Below, piece after piece: positions 39,233-50,250 of a stretch of 64,000 nucleotides of DNA. A program made the position numbers and the translations under genes. The DNA comes from Lama guanicoe. Lineage: Eukaryota. Each line of letters opens with the position of its first letter. Positions within the stretch are counted from its first letter, which is position 1. The stretch covers positions 10,833,914 through 10,897,913 of the forward strand of contig MU057355.1 of assembly GCA_013239625.1 (NCBI GenBank). Reading direction: 5' to 3'. The notes under the pieces are model-generated. The model was not told the origin of the DNA. It ran no database searches and saw only the letters and a program-made list of their open reading frames with translations.

Positions 39233-41105
39233 TGCCTTTTTAAATTTTTTATTAGGATAGTTCCAAATACTTTTATACTTTCAATACATGTTGTGATATT
39301 TATTGCACATCTTTCCTGCAAATGAACTTTGGAATCAGTTTGTTAAATTTCAAAATAATTTTATTGGAATTTAAATTGGTATTGCATTAGTTAATAATTT
39401 CAAAAGAACTGATCTTTACAATAGTAAGACTTCCATTTATCCAGGCTTTTAGATCCTTCAGTAGAATTTTACCATTTTCTTCACATAGATTTTGGATATT
39501 TCACATTAAGTTTATTCTTATTTGATAGATTGTGTTTATATGTTTCAGATTCTCATTACATTTCATTTGTCCTCTTCTGTTTAAATAGAGAACATTTTTT
39601 AAATGTCCTTATAGTATTCTTTTATTAGTTCAAATAGTTTATATAATTGATTAACTTGTTTTTCATGAAAACAAATGATTTCAGTATTTCAATATTAAGT
39701 ATGATGTTTGCCACACGTTTCTGACAGATACTATATCAATTTAAGGATATTTTATTCTACTAACTTACTGAGTTCTTTTTTTTTTTTCAATCCAGTAGTG
39801 GGTGTTGAATTTTTTTAAGTGCCACTTTTCCATATATTGGGATGATGGTTTTTTCTTCTTTATCAATTGAATTACTTAAATCAACAGAATCCCTACTATT
39901 GAATAATCTTTGTATCCTTGTAATAAGCCCATCATGTTTATTGTACATTAGTCTTTTGATACTTTGCTGTATGCAGTTCATACCTACACTTGTGATATTC
40001 GTCTATAGTTTTCTGTTTTGTAATATATTTGTCTGGCTTTGTACCATGCTTAATCTGTTGATAATTTCATAAGCTTTCTGTTATTATTCTATGCTTCAAA
40101 GGCTTTTAAAAATAAAAAGTTATTTCTTAAATTAGTTTTCAAACTTATTTAAGAAAACTTAAAGTTTATAAAACTTGCCTAATAAAACCATCTGGTCCTT
40201 GTGTTATTTAGGAGGAAAATAATGAATTTTTCTCAGTACATCTTACAGGTGTTAATTTATTTACATTTTTAACTTACCCTTAAAGCAATGTTAAAAATTC
40301 AGTTTTCTAGGTAATTGGCTACTGCATCTAATTTTTCAGTTTATTGATTAAAAAGTGTCTTAATCTGTGGTTATATTCATTTTTCCTTTATTTTTAAAAT
40401 GTTTTCTCTTTTTTATCTTGTCAAGATTGCCAAAGGTGTGCTAATTTACCCATCTCTTCAATCAGTTCTTACATGTATTTATCAAGCCTGCAGATTTTTC
40501 TGTTTTATTAACTTACTTTTATCTTTAATTACTTCTGATTTCTTTTAGTCTATTTGCTCTTTTCTTAGCCTCTTCAGTTGAATGATTATCACTTATTAGA
40601 GAAATGCTGAAAATAAACAGTTTCATTAGAACAGAATTTGACCACATCTCAGTTTTTGGTGACCAGTTTTCACTGACATTCATTTAACATAATTTACTTT
40701 TTAAATTAGAGTAAGAGCTTTGTATTATATAAAACCAAAATAATAAGCAAAAATGATAAAAAAAATTCATTATGCATCACTCAGATACTACCAGTTAGCC
40801 TTTTATAATTAGTCATATGAATACAAAAATTAACACTACACATTGTTTTGTAACCTGCCTTTTTACTTGATTATATTTCACAAATAGCTGCATAAATTAC
40901 ATGTTCTCCTAGAACAATTTTATGAGCTGTATTTTTTTACTCGTATATTACTTTTTTATCACCGGATGTTTCAGTTGTATCTAATTTTCATTACAACATT
41001 AACACACTCTACAAGAAACGCACACACGCACACATTGAGGACCTGAAAGATGTTTCCTACTCAGAAATGAAAACCAATGAAATAACTGGATTATTAAAGC
41101 AATAT

Positions 41106-41422
41106 GAAGCGGGGGGAGGGATAAATTGGGAGTTCAGGATTGGAGATACTATTATATATAAAATAGATAAACAACATGGTCCTACTGTACAGCACAGGGA
41201 ACTACGATCAATATCTTGTAATAGCTTGTAATAAAAAAATAAGAAATATATATATATGTATAACTAAATCACTGTGTTGTACACTAGAAATTAACACAAC
41301 ATTGTAAACTGACTATACTTCAGTTAAAAAAAAAAACTCTCTAGAAAGCCTGAAAAAAATAACTAAATTAAAATTAAAATTAAAATTAAAATTAATAAAA
41401 AAAAATACCACCACCAGCAACA
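41106..41422 (+). mobile_element. L1 3'UTR fragment with extended compound tail
   Basis: GGGGGAGGGATAAATTGGGAGTT...GACTATACTTCAGTT(A)n. Candidate TSD AAAGCAATAT at 41096-41105 and 41423-41432. Confidence 0.87.
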
Positions 41423-43585
41423 AAAGCAATATTAAAGAAGTCAAAATAATACATTCAAAACTGCATTTCTCTTCACCTTGAACAGTTTCTAGAAAGGAGA
41501 ATACCCATTCAGAGAACCACAGGTGAGGGCTAAATAAATCAACTGACACAGCAGCAGATAAGGAACAAACAAGGATTGTTTACTGAGCATCTTCTGTCTG
41601 CCAAGCACTTTGTTAGATGCGCTCATATCCATTATCTGATTTATTTGATCCTTTGTTTACCAAAAAAAAAGGAAAGAAAACCCTTTAAGTATCAGTGTTC
41701 CTATTCTTTTTTTAAAATAGGAAATGGTGTCTTGGAATAGTTAAAATCATGATGGCAGAACTAAAATTTAAATGCAAGCTTGTCCTTCTCTAAAAATGGG
41801 AAACTTACTATAGAAAGAAGATTTTGTCAATAATTAAAGGTAAAATTCATACACCCGCTATGAACAAGTTTTATTTTTCTTTATTTTAAGCCTTGCCTAA
41901 GCCCAAACTGACCAGGGCCAAATTAATCCATGATTCATTGAATACCTGAAAAACACAGAAGGGATTCTCGTTAATTTAATTTTTGCTGATATATATTGCT
42001 TTTTAAAAACAAGATGCCATGTATTAGGACTTTGTGTGGTGTTTTTATGCCTACACTTTGGAATTTTACGTATGCATATTCTCTGTTAACTCTGCTCTGG
42101 GTCATGATGCATGGCCAGATAAAGGGCTATCACATTAAATCACTTTCAAAATGAGCCTACAACTGACTGCAAACATTTTCCCAAAGAGAATATTAGAATA
42201 TTAAAACTAATTTATATTTTTATCAAGTAATACAAAGTAATTTTTATTTAGCCTCATTAGGCCAGTGTGTAAACTTTGATCCTAAGTCCTTCACAGACCA
42301 TTTGAATACAATTTGGAACTCTTTCTGTGTAAAATTCCCCAGAGAGACTAGAAGACTGAAATTCTTGATAAAACCACTTGCATAACTTGTATGTTGCGTA
42401 GGAGTGATGTCTAGCCTACATCATACAAAATCAGCGCACAATAAAGCATTGGGGAAAAACTGGATTTGGGTTGGAGAGGTCCCCATGGCAAGTGAATTTC
42501 ATCAATTTGAAATTCACCTGGGCACACTGTTAGTACAGGCCTCCCCAATCACAAAGAACACCTCTCCTCTGCTTACCAAGTTAGAAACAGTCTTACTGCC
42601 CATCCAGTTTCCTTATTTGTCCTCTTTGGAAAAAAAACAGATAAGACAGAAGTGATAATACTAACAAAGCTACTCCATTTCCTACTCTAAAAAGTGTCTA
42701 GCACAATGCCTGGCATTGTATGACTGTAACTGACCTTAAACATGCGTTGACCTCTTTGTTAACACTGAGGATAATTACTCCATTTAGTTTTTCACCAAGA
42801 AATCTTCTGATTTTGGTTCTCTGTCTTTATCCTTCATCTCCTTTTCATTCTCCCCTGCCTATCGTTCATTCACAGCTTCTATTCCAGCTTTTGCTTTTCC
42901 AAGCTATTCTTTCTTCACTTGTTAAGTGTGCTTTTCCGTCATGAACCTCTCTTACCTTTGTCTCATGTCTTTCCCAGTTTACTGTTTTGAGGGACTTTAA
43001 AAAACAAACAAACAACTTGCTTTCCCACTTTCTCTGTTTTCATAGCAGAGGGAACTTATGTTCCACTAGGGCTTCCCACATTGCCATAAGTTCAGACAAA
43101 TCTAGATAACAAATACCACCTAAAATTCTCTTATGTTGTCATATTTTTCTTCCACAACTTGGCTTTCTATGTGAACCTTATTTGTGTGTACAATTTTTTA
43201 GGGATGCTTTTCTCCTTTATAGACTAGGGTTGTAATTTAAGAGCAGTATACAGTATCTTCCTGACAGCTCTAGATCTGAGAAAGCCATAATCTACCCCTC
43301 CCCCCATCTGCTTCTCTTTTCCAGCTTCCTTCTTATCTCTGTTTCCTGCCACTTTCCCTGAGCCAGTTCCCACTGGCACTGGAGGCCATCAGGGTCAAGG
43401 GTCAGGAACAGCAGCTCTGATCTGTCCTAACAGTGAACTCTGGAAATTTCTATTGAACAGTCTCAGCCAAATGATGAGGTGAGCTGTTTGTTCCAATCCA
43501 CCTGTGACTTTCAGGAAGGCAGAAATCTTGAACCACCAATAACTTCTAGCTTCTTGTTTCTTCATCAAATAGGCTCTAATATAAG

Positions 43586-43590
<5 letters not shown>

Positions 43591-43625
<35 letters not shown>
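43591..43625 (+). repeat. (TA)n microsatellite
   Basis: Direct reading. Confidence 0.95.
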
Positions 43626-44262
43626 TTTATATTTCAAATATAAAACCAGAAAGGCATTGAGAAAAGAAGTGAATCCAAATGTCAACTCTATTTTTCAACT
43701 GCTTTGCACACAAAATTTTACTCTTATAAAATTTTACTCTCCCAAATATGAGGACACATTCATAAATGCAGAGAAATCACTCAAATCAATTTCTCATAGA
43801 AAGTAGATTAATTCTAGCACAGAACTTTCAGGAAATGATTGGAACAAGAATAATAATATGCGTTAGGAGATTAGATGCAAATTCATTTTACTTCTGGTCC
43901 AGTGCAAGTCACTATAATTTATGAAGAGCTGATCCAACGTCTTCCATTTGTTCCCCAAGTATTTATTGAGCACTTAGCATAACGTCAGGCTAAGCCTTCT
44001 GGGCAAAGATGAGTACAGTGCAGTCCCTACTCTCAGGAAGATAGATCGCAGTCTAGTTAGGTAAGCAAATAATTACAGTACTGTCTGCAACGGCAGAGGG
44101 ATGTACAAGCTTTCCTGAGAGCATTAAGGACAAGGCACCTAAGACTGCCCACAGAGAGTATCAAAGGAAGCATCACAGAGCAGACAATGTTTCCATCAAG
44201 TCTGGAAGGGTCAACAGGACCACTGTAGTGAGGTGAGATGTGAGAAGAGAAGGGAAGGAAAG

Positions 44263-44417
44263 GATATTTCAATAGATAAACAACAAGTTCATACTGTTTA
44301 GCACAGAGAACTATATTCAATATCTTGTAGTAATGTATTGTGAAAAATAAAATGAAAACGAATATATGTATGTTCCTACATGACTAAAATATTGTGCTGT
44401 ACACCAGAAACTGACAC
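44263..44417 (+). mobile_element. L1 3'UTR fragment running into an N-run, nested in L2
   Basis: AATAGATAAACAACAAGTTCATACTG...GCTGTACACCAGAAACTGACAC; same family as the 4443 copy. Confidence 0.85.
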
Positions 44418-45789
44418 NNNNNNNNNNNNNNNNNNNNNNNNNNNNNNNNNNNNNNNNNNNNNNNNNNNNNNNNNNNNNNNNNNNNNNNNNNNNNNNNNNN
44501 NNNNNNNNNNNNNNNNNNNNNNNNNNNNNNNNNNNNNNNNNNNNNACCCAGAAATGTAAGAACACATGAGAATTCCCAGTAGCAGGGGATGTGAATGACA
44601 CTGGGAGGGGAGCCTGGGAGCTAGTCTTGAAGAGGTGATGTTCATGCTAAGGACTTGGGACTTTATCCTCCCAGCAAGTGGTTTTGCAATTCAACTCCTT
44701 GGAATCAGAGATTAATAATAAAATAGTTAACACTTCCTGGGTAGTTATTAAGTGTCAGGAGCCACTTTAAATATGAATACATTTTAAATATTTAATCCTG
44801 AAAAACAACCCTATGAAGTAGGAACCAGTATTGTCCTCAATTTTGTAGGTTAGGAAACTAAGACTCAGTTTCCACTGGATGGAGGCAGAGGAACAAAAGT
44901 GGGGAGCATTTTCATATGGCAGGTTTGGTGTTAAGTACACATTTGAACAAAGTATTCCTTTGCTAAGAAAATAGAGGATGAGGAGACACTGAAGGCAGAT
45001 TAATGCAAGTTGGCAGAGCTAGAAGAGATCTCTGTTTTTTTGTTGTTTTGGGGTTTTGTTTTGTGTTTTGCATTATTAGAATGTCATTGTCAGAATGAAT
45101 GAGGAAAGAGAAGGGAAGGAAATTACACAAAGGAAATGCTGTCACATCCAGCAGACCCTTTCTGGAATCTCTTTGCTATTCCTCCCCTCCACTTCTCCAA
45201 CATGAGTTACCACCAGTAGCAGTCAGGGGTGGAGTACCTGCTGTATGCTGGACCTAACACTACACAAGTGTCCTCATTTCATCTTCACAAGTGCAAGGTC
45301 ACAGCCTGCCTGTTACCCCAATTCACAAATGAGCAAACTGACGCTGGGGGGAGGAGGGTCCATGATTCTTTCCTATAATATTGCCTATAAACTTCATCCA
45401 CCCAACTTCCAGTTCTCTGCCCTCTTCTTCTCTCAGCCATTCTCATGTAGATAACCATGCTATTCCGCGAACCCCTGGAATTTCTTACTGCACAATCTGA
45501 GAAGTTGGGAGTACTTAGTATTGCCTCTCCTTTTCTCCTTTTATATGTTATTTATCTATTCCTAACACTAACCCAGCACTTATTATGTTCCAGGAAGTCT
45601 TCCAAAGCCCTTTCAACATATATGCTCACGTGAATATTCACAACGAGCCCGAGAGAAATACTGTTGCTTCCTCAGTTGAAGAGAGAGAGTTACCAAGAGC
45701 TTAAGGAACCTTCCCAGGGCACACTGTAAGGGGCAGAATGAGGATGTGAACCCAGGACGTCTAGCTCCAGGGTCTGCATCCCTATTCAA

Positions 45790-47235
45790 GCTTCATCTTA
45801 CTTGACTTAGCAGAACCTGGCACCCCTGACCATTTTGATTCCAAAATCCTTTTCTGACTTGGCTTCCAACCCACTTCACTCGCCTGATTCGCCTCCTACC
45901 TTTCTGGCTGCCTCATCTCATTCACCTTGGCTGGTTCCTCTTTTGCCTCTTTGACTTCCAAAAGTCGGAGTACTCTAGAGATCAGTCCTTGATCTATTTT
46001 CTGCACTCAGTACCTAGAAGATCTCATTCAATTTCACAGCTTCACCATCACCTCTATGCAGGTAGCTTCCAAATTAACATCTCCTGTCTGTCAATCTCCC
46101 ATAGAATTCTGACTCGTACATCTAACAGTGCACTGAACCTCTTTACATGGCGACCTAACGGGCATCTCAAAATCATCGTGCCTCCAAATGAGCTCCTGCT
46201 CTTCTTCCACAAACTCGCTATTCCTCATCTCAGCTAATGGTAACTCTACTCCTCTTGCTGCCCAGGCAAAAAAACTGGATGATATCCTCAAGTTCTCATT
46301 TTCCCTCTCACAGTGCATCCAACTTATCTGTAAAATATATTCCACAGTTTGATCACTTTCACCACCCCCACGATCATCTCTCTAGTCTACGCCACCCCTA
46401 TCTCTTTCCTAGATGTTGCAGTGGTCTCTCACAGGTCTCCCTGCTTCTCCCCTAGATCCCTCTAACCAACTGGAGTGAGACACTGCCTCGAATGCAAAAA
46501 TGCAAGAGGCATCAAAAAACTCAGTAATCAAGACAAATGATACTTTAGTGCAATATTATTTTAAATCAAATTTATACCCACAAATCCATGATGAACAAAA
46601 TAACAAAATTTTAAATTTAAAAAAAAGGACCAGAGTGTAGACATTACTTGTTTTCCTTGCCTCCCCTTAGTCCCAGCCTTCAATCCCCTTCGATGTCTCC
46701 TCCATGGCGAGAGGGGTCCTGGTAAACTTGTCCATTCTCTGGCTTTGCATCTCAGGGCGACAGCCAAAGTCCTTACTGTGACCGGCAACGCCCTTCATGA
46801 CCTGGTCCGCCATTACCTCCCCGACCCCAGCTTCCACTTCTCCTTCATTCAGCTCTGCCCCCTCCATGTGGGCCTCCTCACCGCTTCACCAACAAGCTCT
46901 CACCTCAGGACCCGTACACTTGCCAGGACCTCTTCTTGGAAGGCTCTTCCTCAAATACACCCTTTACTTCACCGAGGTCTCTTCCCTGATTCACTCTATC
47001 AGGACTGCACTGTCTAAAATTTCTTCCCCCCGACACATATACTCCATGTTATAAATTATCCTAAGCACAGTGGACATTTGGCTTATTTACCTTATTTATT
47101 GCCTCTCTCATCCACCATAAAATTCCATGAGATTTTGGGGTGAAGGGGGGTTTGTCCTGTTCTCTGCTATATCCTCAGTGTCTCAAGAAATTCTTGGATG
47201 ATAGTAGGTACCAGTAACTAATTTCTGAATGAGTA
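45790..47235. mobile_element. L2 (LINE-2) 3' region
   Basis: Pyrimidine-rich L2 sequence (CTTCACCATCACCTCTATGC, GGCATCTCAAAATCA, GCCCAGGCAAAAAAACTGG), ending AGTAGGTACCAGTAACTAATTTCTGAATGAGT. Confidence 0.8.
46470..46680 (+). mobile_element. MER96B-like hAT MITE nested in L2
   Basis: CAAAAAACTCAGTAATCAAGACAAATGATACTTTAGTGCAATATT...AAATCCATGATGAACAAAATAACAAAATTTTAAAT. Confidence 0.75.
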
Positions 47236-47559
47236 AGTAATACACGCTTATGAGTGCGCTCCTTGAGCTCCAATGGTCTTAATGCTTGCTCTGTATAGGT
47301 TTTGAATTAGAGGTGTTAAATCAGAAAATGTATTGCAAAACCTTTCTTTCAAACTGACCAAATTTTTTAACAAAAGTTTAACTTGCTTAAGAAAATATTT
47401 ACCTTGGATTCAAGTTCACCCCTTAGCTTTGGTCAGTGTTGAAAGAGGGTGTTGTTTTCGAGAAATAAACATTGACGATCAAGTGTCTTCTATGGCAAAT
47501 TCTGAACTTTATTTCTATGTCCTGATTTCCAATGACTTGATACTATATTGAGATGTTAT

Positions 47560-47790
47560 ACAGATTTTCTCAATAATGTCAGGGTGAACCTACATATGAT
47601 CAAAAGTCCTTTCTGATCTCAAAATATCTTTAGCCACCCTTATTAATAATTAACCAAAACTAAAGTTAGGTTTTGCAAATAAAACTTGTCGTTTCACCAT
47701 GAATCGCTATCTTTTGAGGGAGAAGATGAAGTTCAGCAAAGAGCAAATCTACAACTTGGCTAAAAGATACTAGACTTTGCCTTCAAACAT
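47560..47790. promoter_or_regulatory. Candidate hepatic/intestinal enhancer (HNF1 + HNF4 + C/EBP-like sites)
   Basis: ATTAATAATTAAC at 47642-47654 (reverse GTTAATTATTAAT, one mismatch from GTTAATNATTAAC). TAGACTTTGCCTT at 47771-47783 (reverse AAGGCAAAGTCTA, HNF4 DR1-like). TTTTGCAA at about 47671. All in non-repeat sequence 2.4 kb upstream of the coding exon. Confidence 0.45.
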
Positions 47791-48327
47791 ATGTAAGACA
47801 CGCAAGACTAACCTCATTAGAACCCAGTCCATCCATGGCCTCCCTGCCCTTATAGGTTAAATCCAGCACTATGGGAGCATGTGAGAGTGTGCTGATGAAC
47901 TTACAATTCCCAATGTTTGGGAAAAGTGCAAGAGTCAGAATTTGTCTTAAAGGCTAGTTTCTTTCTAAAACTTCAAAATGCCTTTTGTAGCTTTATTTTT
48001 TAAGAGGATGTATGTAGTTTCATAGGGGTTTCTATGACTGCATCACTAGCAGTTAGGATTATAAACTGAATACAGGTCTTATTTTACCCCTACCTTGAAA
48101 GTAGCCACAGAAAGAGTATTTACACTATAAATGTGTCCATAAAGCTGCATGTCCCAACCTGGATTGCTACATAAATATCAAATCACCACTGTCAGAAAAT
48201 ACTTTCTAATTTGTTTTAGCCAAGATACAAAGTTAGGATGTAAAACCAACCAACTAACCAATTTTGCCTTTTGTAAAGTACAGGCACATAAACTGGTGTG
48301 TTAACTGAGTTAACCAACTGTCCATAA

Positions 48328-48470
48328 AACACAAGGAACTATATTCAATATCTTGTAATGATCTATAATGATAAAAATATGAAAAAATACGTATCTTTGG
48401 CTGAATCACTATGCTATACACCAAAAACTAACACAACATTGTCAATCAACTATATTTCAATAAAAAAAGA
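48328..48470 (+). mobile_element. L1 3'UTR fragment
   Basis: CACAAGGAACTATATTCAATATCTTGTAATG...CAACTATATTTCAATAAAAAAAG. Confidence 0.82.
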
Positions 48471-48474
48471 AGGT

Positions 48475-48590
48475 GGGGTGGGTAGAGCTTAGTGGTAGAG
48501 CATGTGCTTAGCATGCATGAGGTCTTGGGTCCAATCTCCAGTACCTCCATTGAAGAAAGGAATATCTTCCCCCCACATACACATACAATG
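48475..48590 (+). mobile_element. Camelid tRNA-Ala-derived SINE (Vic-1-like), inserted at the L1 A-tail
   Basis: GGGGTGGGTAGAGCTTAGTGGTAGAGCATGTGCTTAGCATGCATGAGGTCTTGGGTCCAATCTCCAGTACCTCC, with degenerate Pol III A and B boxes and a CTTCCCCCC/AC-rich tail. Confidence 0.8.
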
Positions 48591-50151
48591 TCCTAAAGCT
48601 GGACAGGGAGTGAAGCTGGCATATCAAGAACACTAACTAAATATTCTTGAGAGAATGAATGAATGAAACTGAATTGACCTGAGTCAGAAGCAAGCAAGAA
48701 TTGAGAAAAGCTGAGGGCAGGAATGGCCAGGCTTATCTTCAGGCCATGAAACTGTTCGATCCCTGTAACTGCTAATGAATCATCTCTCTCTGGAAATCTC
48801 ATTTTTTTCCTATGGTTTTCTACATTATATTGAAAATATTACTTTCTAGATGATGCCTGTCTATTAGCTTGGGAACCTTTTATTCTATTACTTTAATAAG
48901 CAGAATACTTTGAAGCTGCATTTTATTGAAATGATTATCTCAGCTTCACTGTTGTCACCCAATTTTTTACCCATTCCCTGAATTATTAATGGTCCATTTA
49001 TTCAGAATCTTTAAATGAAAACCAAAGCAGTATAGGAAATCCCAATGCACAGGACAGAGAAGTTTTTAAAGGCCCAATAGTGAAATACATTAGACTTGCA
49101 TGTGATTCAAAACATTGTAAAATAAGCTTCCTCTGTCTTAGTTGGCAAAGAACATTAAGCACAGAAGTGAAAACCCAGCACAGAACCTTCACTGAATCAT
49201 TCCTACTCTAACCCAGCAGATCAACACACTCCCCTCTGTACATGGGAGCCTACAGGGCCTTGCACCACCATAGCCTGGGACCTTCACCATGGACATGTGC
49301 TTGCCCTGGGAACCTGTGAATTTGAGCAACTATCACATTTGGAATGGGGTTGAAATATAAAGTATAGATAATAAAATGATGAAATTTCGTACTCATATCC
49401 ACATACATAAACATGGACATATGTAAATTTTTCTAATTTCCTAGATCTCACAATAGGTTTCATGCCCTCTTGAGTGGTCTGTGTGATATATAATCCAGGT
49501 GTCAGTAGGCCCTTCCAACACCATTCAAAAGGATCCATTGTGTTTTGTTAAAACCCATGTGACATTTTTATTACAGAATAATTTGCATAATGACTTCTGC
49601 AAATCTGACACCAGCACACTCTGGTTTAGAAATTTATCTTTGGAGAATAAGTAGAGAAATGTCTTAGGTAACAGACATAACAGATAAATGAAGCTAAAAC
49701 TTTCCGGATCTCTAGACCGTAACCTCGTTGATTCAATATAGTAACAGTGCTCTCTTTCCACATCTGCAAAGACCTTTCTGCATATTCTTTTAATTGGCAA
49801 GAACAAATTTGTTTTTGAGCATTTGGTGACATTCTGAGATAATTGGATTGAGAATCACTCATCTGCATTCTAAGTGGAAAAGGATCGTTTTCATTTTTTT
49901 CTAAATTTCAACTAAAATTGAACATTTTAAAGGAAAGACTCTTTTAACAAGGACATTTGAGTGACCTTGTTTGTGGGAGTCTGTTAGTTGCTCTAACCTT
50001 AATGACTCACTTATAGAGAATGTTTCCTGAAGATGTCCTTCATGAAAAGGACAAGTTTGGACNNNNNNNNNNNNNNNNNNNNNNNNNNNNNNNNNNNNNN
50101 NNNNNNNNNNNNNNNNNNNNNNNNNNNNNNNNNNNNNNNNNNNNNNNNNNN

Positions 50152-50250
50152 NNNNNNNNNNNNNNNNNNNNNNNNNNNNNNNNNNNNNNNNNNNNNNNNN
50201 NNGCAGCCCTCCGCACACTGGTCCAGCGCACAGGATATAGCTTGGTCCAG
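50152..50250 (+). CDS. A1CF: A1CF (APOBEC1 complementation factor), first coding exon; 5' part hidden by Ns
   Basis: 50203-50250 translates AALRTLVQRTGYSLVQ, matching residues 18-33 of mammalian A1CF as recalled (MESNHKSGDGLSGTQKEAALRALVQRTGYSLVQ|ENGQRKYGG). It ends at a phase-0 donor CAG|gtagga at 50250/50251. The start 50152 is inferred by counting 33 codons back into the N-run 50063-50202. RBM47 (ALMERTGYSMVQ) and RBM46 (ALMEKTGYNMVQ) fit worse. Confidence 0.93.

Larger units (their letters stand above)
36190..41000 (-). mobile_element. Ancient degraded L1 (L1M/L1ME-type) hosting younger L1 insertions
   Basis: T-rich decayed antisense ORF2-like sequence on both sides of the young L1. ORF 39787-39981 reads QRLFNSRDS...KIQHPLL, resembling L1 QGWFNIRKS...KIQHPFM. 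Confidence 0.7.

Noticed and set aside
48475-48549. Functional tRNA-Ala gene
   Set aside because: Degenerate B box (GGTCCAATC), mismatched stems, SINE-like tail and insertion at an L1 tail; it is a SINE.
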